DNA from: Alcanivorax sp.
Lineage (GTDB): Bacteria > Pseudomonadota > Gammaproteobacteria > Pseudomonadales > Alcanivoracaceae
Length of the DNA stretch: 38,562 nucleotides
Reading direction: 5' to 3'
NCBI GenBank assembly: GCA_041624875.1
Contig: JBFJUC010000001.1
Span: forward strand, 1-38,562
The translations under genes were made by a program, and so were the position numbers. Positions 35,205-38,562 of this stretch are shown here, piece by piece. Each line of letters begins with the position of its first letter. Within the stretch, counting starts at the first letter, position 1. The notes below the pieces were generated by a model that was not told the DNA's origin, did no database searches, and saw only the letters and a list, made by a program, of their open reading frames with translations.

Positions 35205-37163
35205 ATGACAGCGTTACGTTACCGCCCCGACATTGAGGGTTTGAGGGCGCTCGCGGTTTTACTGGTAATCGTTTACCACTTTGAAGTTCCGGGCATCAGC
35301 GGCGGCTTTATCGGCGTCGATGTCTTTTTCGTGATCTCGGGTTTCGTGATCACCGGCCTGCTGACCCGTCAGATCAACGAGGGCAGCTTCCGCTTCGGTG
35401 ACTTCTACGCGCGCCGTATCCGGCGCCTGGTGCCCGCTTTTCTGCTGGTGTCCACGGTCTCCTTCCTGATGATTTCGCCGTTCTATATCGGCGACGACTA
35501 CTACATCTTCGCCAAAAGCTGGTTGGCCTCGCTGATGGGGGTCAGCAACCTCTACTATTTCGTCGAGCTGAGTCAGTATTTCGCCCCGGAGACCCGTAGC
35601 CTGTCGCTGTTGCACACCTGGTCACTGGCGGTGGAGGAGCAGTTCTACCTGCTGTGGCCAGCGGCGATGCTGTGGGCCTGGCGCAGCGGCCGGCTGACAC
35701 GTTCGCCAAAGGGGTTCCTGGCGCTGCTGGTGGCCGCCCTGCTGCTGTCCGTCCATCTGGCCCACGCCCACCCCAAGGCGGCGTTTTATCTGCCGCCGGC
35801 TCGGTTGTTCGAATTCATGCTCGGCGCCGGTGTCACTCTGTACGGCCATCGCCTGCCGGCTTTGGGACCACGGCGAGCGGAAGCGCTGGCGGTAACCGGG
35901 GTGGCAATGATCCTCGCCACCGCCGTGTTCCTCACCAGCAACGATCCGTTCCCCGGGCTTAACGCCCTGTGGCCGACGCTGGGCGCGGCGATGGTGATTC
36001 AGGCCGGGATGGCGCAGCCGCAGACCCTCACCGCCCGTCTGCTCAGCCTGCCGGTGATGGTGTTCCTGGGCGGGCTCTCCTACTCCCTTTACCTGTGGCA
36101 CTGGCCGCCAGCGGCGTTGCTGCACTACCAGCTCATCGAGCTGACCTGGCCGATTCGCCTGGGCCTTTTCGCGGCGGTGCTGCTGGCCGCCTGGCTGGGG
36201 TACACGCTGGTGGAAGACCCGCTGCGGCGCCGGCCATGGGGTTTCAAGCGCGCCTTTATACTTCTGGTGTTCGTCCCGCTGCTGCTCCTCTGGGCGATCC
36301 AATCCACCATCCGCATCGCCGACGACCTGAGCTTCCGTATCCCTGAGGAACGCCGGGACCTTTACCGGATCATCGTGCAAAACGACAGCGCCGACGTGCA
36401 CGAGCCCTGTTTCAAGGGCCCCACCCGGGAGTTCGTGCGCGGCGAGGCCTGTCTGTTCGGCCAGCCCGTGGACGCGGGCGAGCGACCAGACAGCGTGCTG
36501 ATCGGTGACTCCCACGCCATTGCCCTGATCGGCTTCATGGAGGTGTTCCTGAAGCGCACCGACTTGTCCCTGTTGCTGGTCACCCAGGCCTCAACGCCGT
36601 TCATGCCCGGTGAGCTTACCAAACAGGCGTTCCCCGGCGATGAGGAAAAGATCGTCCGCAACCGGGCGCTTACCGAGTACCTCAAGCGGGAGCCGATGAC
36701 GGTGTACATTTCGGCATGGTGGAATTCCTATTTGCAGTCCACGGATTTCAACGACTACTACTTGGAAACCATTGACTGGTTACTCGACCAGGGGCACCGG
36801 GTGGTGGTGCTGGAGGGGGTGCCGGAGCTGCCCTCCGACGCGCACGCGCAGTGCCTCTTGAAAGAGCTGAAAGACTGCAGCATCGACGCCGACGATGTCG
36901 CCAAGCAACAGCGTGACTTCAACCGCTTCCAGCGCGACGTGGAGGCGCGCTACCCAAGCGTGGACTGGATCGACCCGAGCCGCGTGCTGTGTGATCAGGA
37001 GCGCTGCCGCACGGTGCTGCACGGCATCCCGCTTTACCGTGACGAGAGCCACCTTAATTACATCGGCGCTCAGGAAATCGGCGTGTTATTCCGGGCCCGG
37101 TTCGGCAACCCGCTTGAACCGTTCAAGGCTCCGGTCGCTGATAGCGGTAAGCCAGCGCCTTAA
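35205..37163 (+). CDS. acyltransferase-3 + SGNH fusion O-acetyltransferase (OafA/OatA/YrhL-like)
   Basis: RPDIEGLRALAV, GFIGVDVFFVISGF, FYARRIRRL, HTWSLAVEEQFY, SYSLYLWHWP; SGNH domain with GDSHA and DESH. Confidence 0.92.
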   Translation: MTALRYRPDIEGLRALAVLLVIVYHFEVPGISGGFIGVDVFFVISGFVITGLLTRQINEGSFRFGDFYARRIRRLVPAFLLVSTVSFLMISPFYIGDDYYIFAKSWLASLMGVSNLYYFVELSQYFAPETRSLSLLHTWSLAVEEQFYLLWPAAMLWAWRSGRLTRSPKGFLALLVAALLLSVHLAHAHPKAAFYLPPARLFEFMLGAGVTLYGHRLPALGPRRAEALAVTGVAMILATAVFLTSNDPFPGLNALWPTLGAAMVIQAGMAQPQTLTARLLSLPVMVFLGGLSYSLYLWHWPPAALLHYQLIELTWPIRLGLFAAVLLAAWLGYTLVEDPLRRRPWGFKRAFILLVFVPLLLLWAIQSTIRIADDLSFRIPEERRDLYRIIVQNDSADVHEPCFKGPTREFVRGEACLFGQPVDAGERPDSVLIGDSHAIALIGFMEVFLKRTDLSLLLVTQASTPFMPGELTKQAFPGDEEKIVRNRALTEYLKREPMTVYISAWWNSYLQSTDFNDYYLETIDWLLDQGHRVVVLEGVPELPSDAHAQCLLKELKDCSIDADDVAKQQRDFNRFQRDVEARYPSVDWIDPSRVLCDQERCRTVLHGIPLYRDESHLNYIGAQEIGVLFRARFGNPLEPFKAPVADSGKPAP

Positions 37164-38052
37164 GCGCCGGCTCCGCGGCTTCATCGAAACCCGGCGCCCC
37201 GGGGAGCTGGCCTTCGAAGGAGGCGCCGGGCAGCCGCTCCGCCGCCTGGTGGCGCAGCCAGTCCGCCGGCAGCCAGGGCGCATTCAGGCACAACAGCAGC
37301 TCCGCTTCCGGCGCCAGCAGCTTGCCCAATCGGCCCAGCACCTTGGGATAATCCCGCTCCACCAGGAAGCTGCCTTTCTGCGCGCTGGGCGGGTCCGCCA
37401 CGATCAGATCGTAACGGCCCAGGGCGTGCAGCTTCTTCCAGCTCCGGAACACATTGTGAGGCAGATAATGCACCCGGGCGTCGGCGAAGCCGTTGGCGTT
37501 CTGATTTTCCTGGCCTAACGCCAGCGCCGGCCGGGACAAATCGATGTTGACCACCGAGCGGGCCCCGCCGGCCAGCGCCGCCACGGAGAACGCGCAGGTA
37601 AAACTGAACAGGTTGAGCACCCGCTTGCCCTCGGCCCGTTCCCGTAACCAGGCCCGCCCCGGTGCCATGTCGGCGAAAAAGCCCAGGTTCTGCCCACGCT
37701 GGAAATCCAGGCGATAACGCAGGCCGCCCTCCTCCGCCCAGGCAGGCTCCGGCAACGCGCCCCGCCGCACCTCGGTCAGCGCCGGCCGTTGGTGGCGATA
37801 CTGAAACACCAGGGCGTCGCACCCCAGCGCCGGCAGCGCCTCCCCCAAACGCTGTTCCAGCGCCGCCAGGGTGGCCGGGGCGTAGTCGTCGAACAGCGTC
37901 GCCACCAGCACCGGCGGAAAACGGTCCAAGGTGAGCCCCGCCCAACCGGGAAGCGTCTTGCCGCGACCGTGAAACAACCGGTGACGACCGTCGCGCGGGG
38001 GAACCAGAAAGGGGTTGAGCAGGTCTATCGAATCGGGGGAAGGCATGCGCAT
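37123..38052 (-). CDS. class I SAM-dependent methyltransferase (RlmI/RlmK-like)
   Basis: RLFHGRG, QNLGFFADM, VLNLFSFTCAFS, NIDLS, DPPS; start 38052 or 38046. Confidence 0.85.
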   Translation of the reverse strand: MRMPSPDSIDLLNPFLVPPRDGRHRLFHGRGKTLPGWAGLTLDRFPPVLVATLFDDYAPATLAALEQRLGEALPALGCDALVFQYRHQRPALTEVRRGALPEPAWAEEGGLRYRLDFQRGQNLGFFADMAPGRAWLRERAEGKRVLNLFSFTCAFSVAALAGGARSVVNIDLSRPALALGQENQNANGFADARVHYLPHNVFRSWKKLHALGRYDLIVADPPSAQKGSFLVERDYPKVLGRLGKLLAPEAELLLCLNAPWLPADWLRHQAAERLPGASFEGQLPGAPGFDEAAEPALKALAYRYQRPEP

Positions 38053-38092
38053 CAAGGACCGATGGAAACCGGCGAGTATCGCCGCCGAGGCG

Positions 38093-38118
38093 CTTGAAGA
38101 CAACCGCGCCGCCCCCAT
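38093..38118 (+). promoter_or_regulatory. sigma32 (RpoH) promoter of htpX
   Basis: CTTGAA-N14-CCCCAT, matching the consensus, upstream of a known heat-shock gene. Confidence 0.85.
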
Positions 38119-38166
38119 TTAACGATCGTTTTGACAACGTCCTTTTGGTTTTGGAGATCGACCTCA

Positions 38167-38562
38167 ATGATGCGCATCGCGCTGTTCTTGCTTACCAACC
38201 TGGCGGTCATCGTGGTGGCCAGCGTCACGCTCAGCCTGCTGGGCGTGAATTCCTATCTGGCGCAAAGCGGCACCGGGCTGGATCTGGGCAACCTGCTGAT
38301 TTTCAGCGCCGTGTTCGGCTTCGCCGGTTCGTTCATTTCACTGCTGATATCCAAGCCCATGGCCAAGTGGTCGACCCGGGCGCAGATCATCAAACAGCCC
38401 TCCAACAGCGGCGAAAAATGGCTGCTGGACACGGTGCGCGAGCTGTCCGAGAAAGCCGGGATCGGCATGCCGGAAGTGGGCGTCTTCCCCGCCCAGCAGT
38501 CCAACGCCTTCGCCACCGGCTGGAACAGGAATAATGCCCTGGTGGCGGTCTCCCAGGGCATG
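38167..38562 (+). CDS. htpX: protease HtpX, 5' part (runs off the window end)
   Basis: Manual translation [27 protein letters not shown]...[19 protein letters not shown]...[10 protein letters not shown]....[16 protein letters not shown]; GGAG RBS; absent from the ORF track because there is no stop in the window. Confidence 0.93.
   Translation, partial: MMRIALFLLTNLAVIVVASVTLSLLGVNSYLAQSGTGLDLGNLLIFSAVFGFAGSFISLLISKPMAKWSTRAQIIKQPSNSGEKWLLDTVRELSEKAGIGMPEVGVFPAQQSNAFATGWNRNNALVAVSQGM

Noticed and set aside
38094-38534. 146-aa plus-strand ORF from the ORF track
   Set aside because: Wrong frame; the real gene is htpX starting at 38167 and running off the window

Overview
GC-rich gammaproteobacterial chromosomal window. 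Gene content suggests an Alcanivorax-like marine bacterium, but this is inference only. It is mostly core genome: tRNA-Glu (partial), tRNA-Ala, gltX, dusA-tal-terB-like operon, mlaA, FabH-like KAS III, hrpA, msrAB, tRNA-Thr, djlA, alaA and htpX (truncated). I saw no integrase, transposase, prophage or CRISPR array. The accessory modules of most interest are: (1) a three-gene MNIO (DUF692) RiPP cluster of the oxazolin/bufferin type, with an EG(K/S)CG-repeat secreted precursor and an unusual EH-for-EN variant in the MNIO; (2) an OmpA/OprF-like porin coupled to a thrombospondin type-3 repeat lipoprotein, behind a long 5'-UTR hairpin covering its RBS and divergent from a neutral ceramidase; (3) a stand-alone 4Fe-4S/FAD 4-hydroxybutyryl-CoA dehydratase-like gene; (4) an MltF-like lytic transglycosylase with two tandem substrate-binding domains; (5) a cytochrome c-FTR1 fusion with a Fur-box-like site. 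All calls come from reading motifs by eye; no database searches were run.
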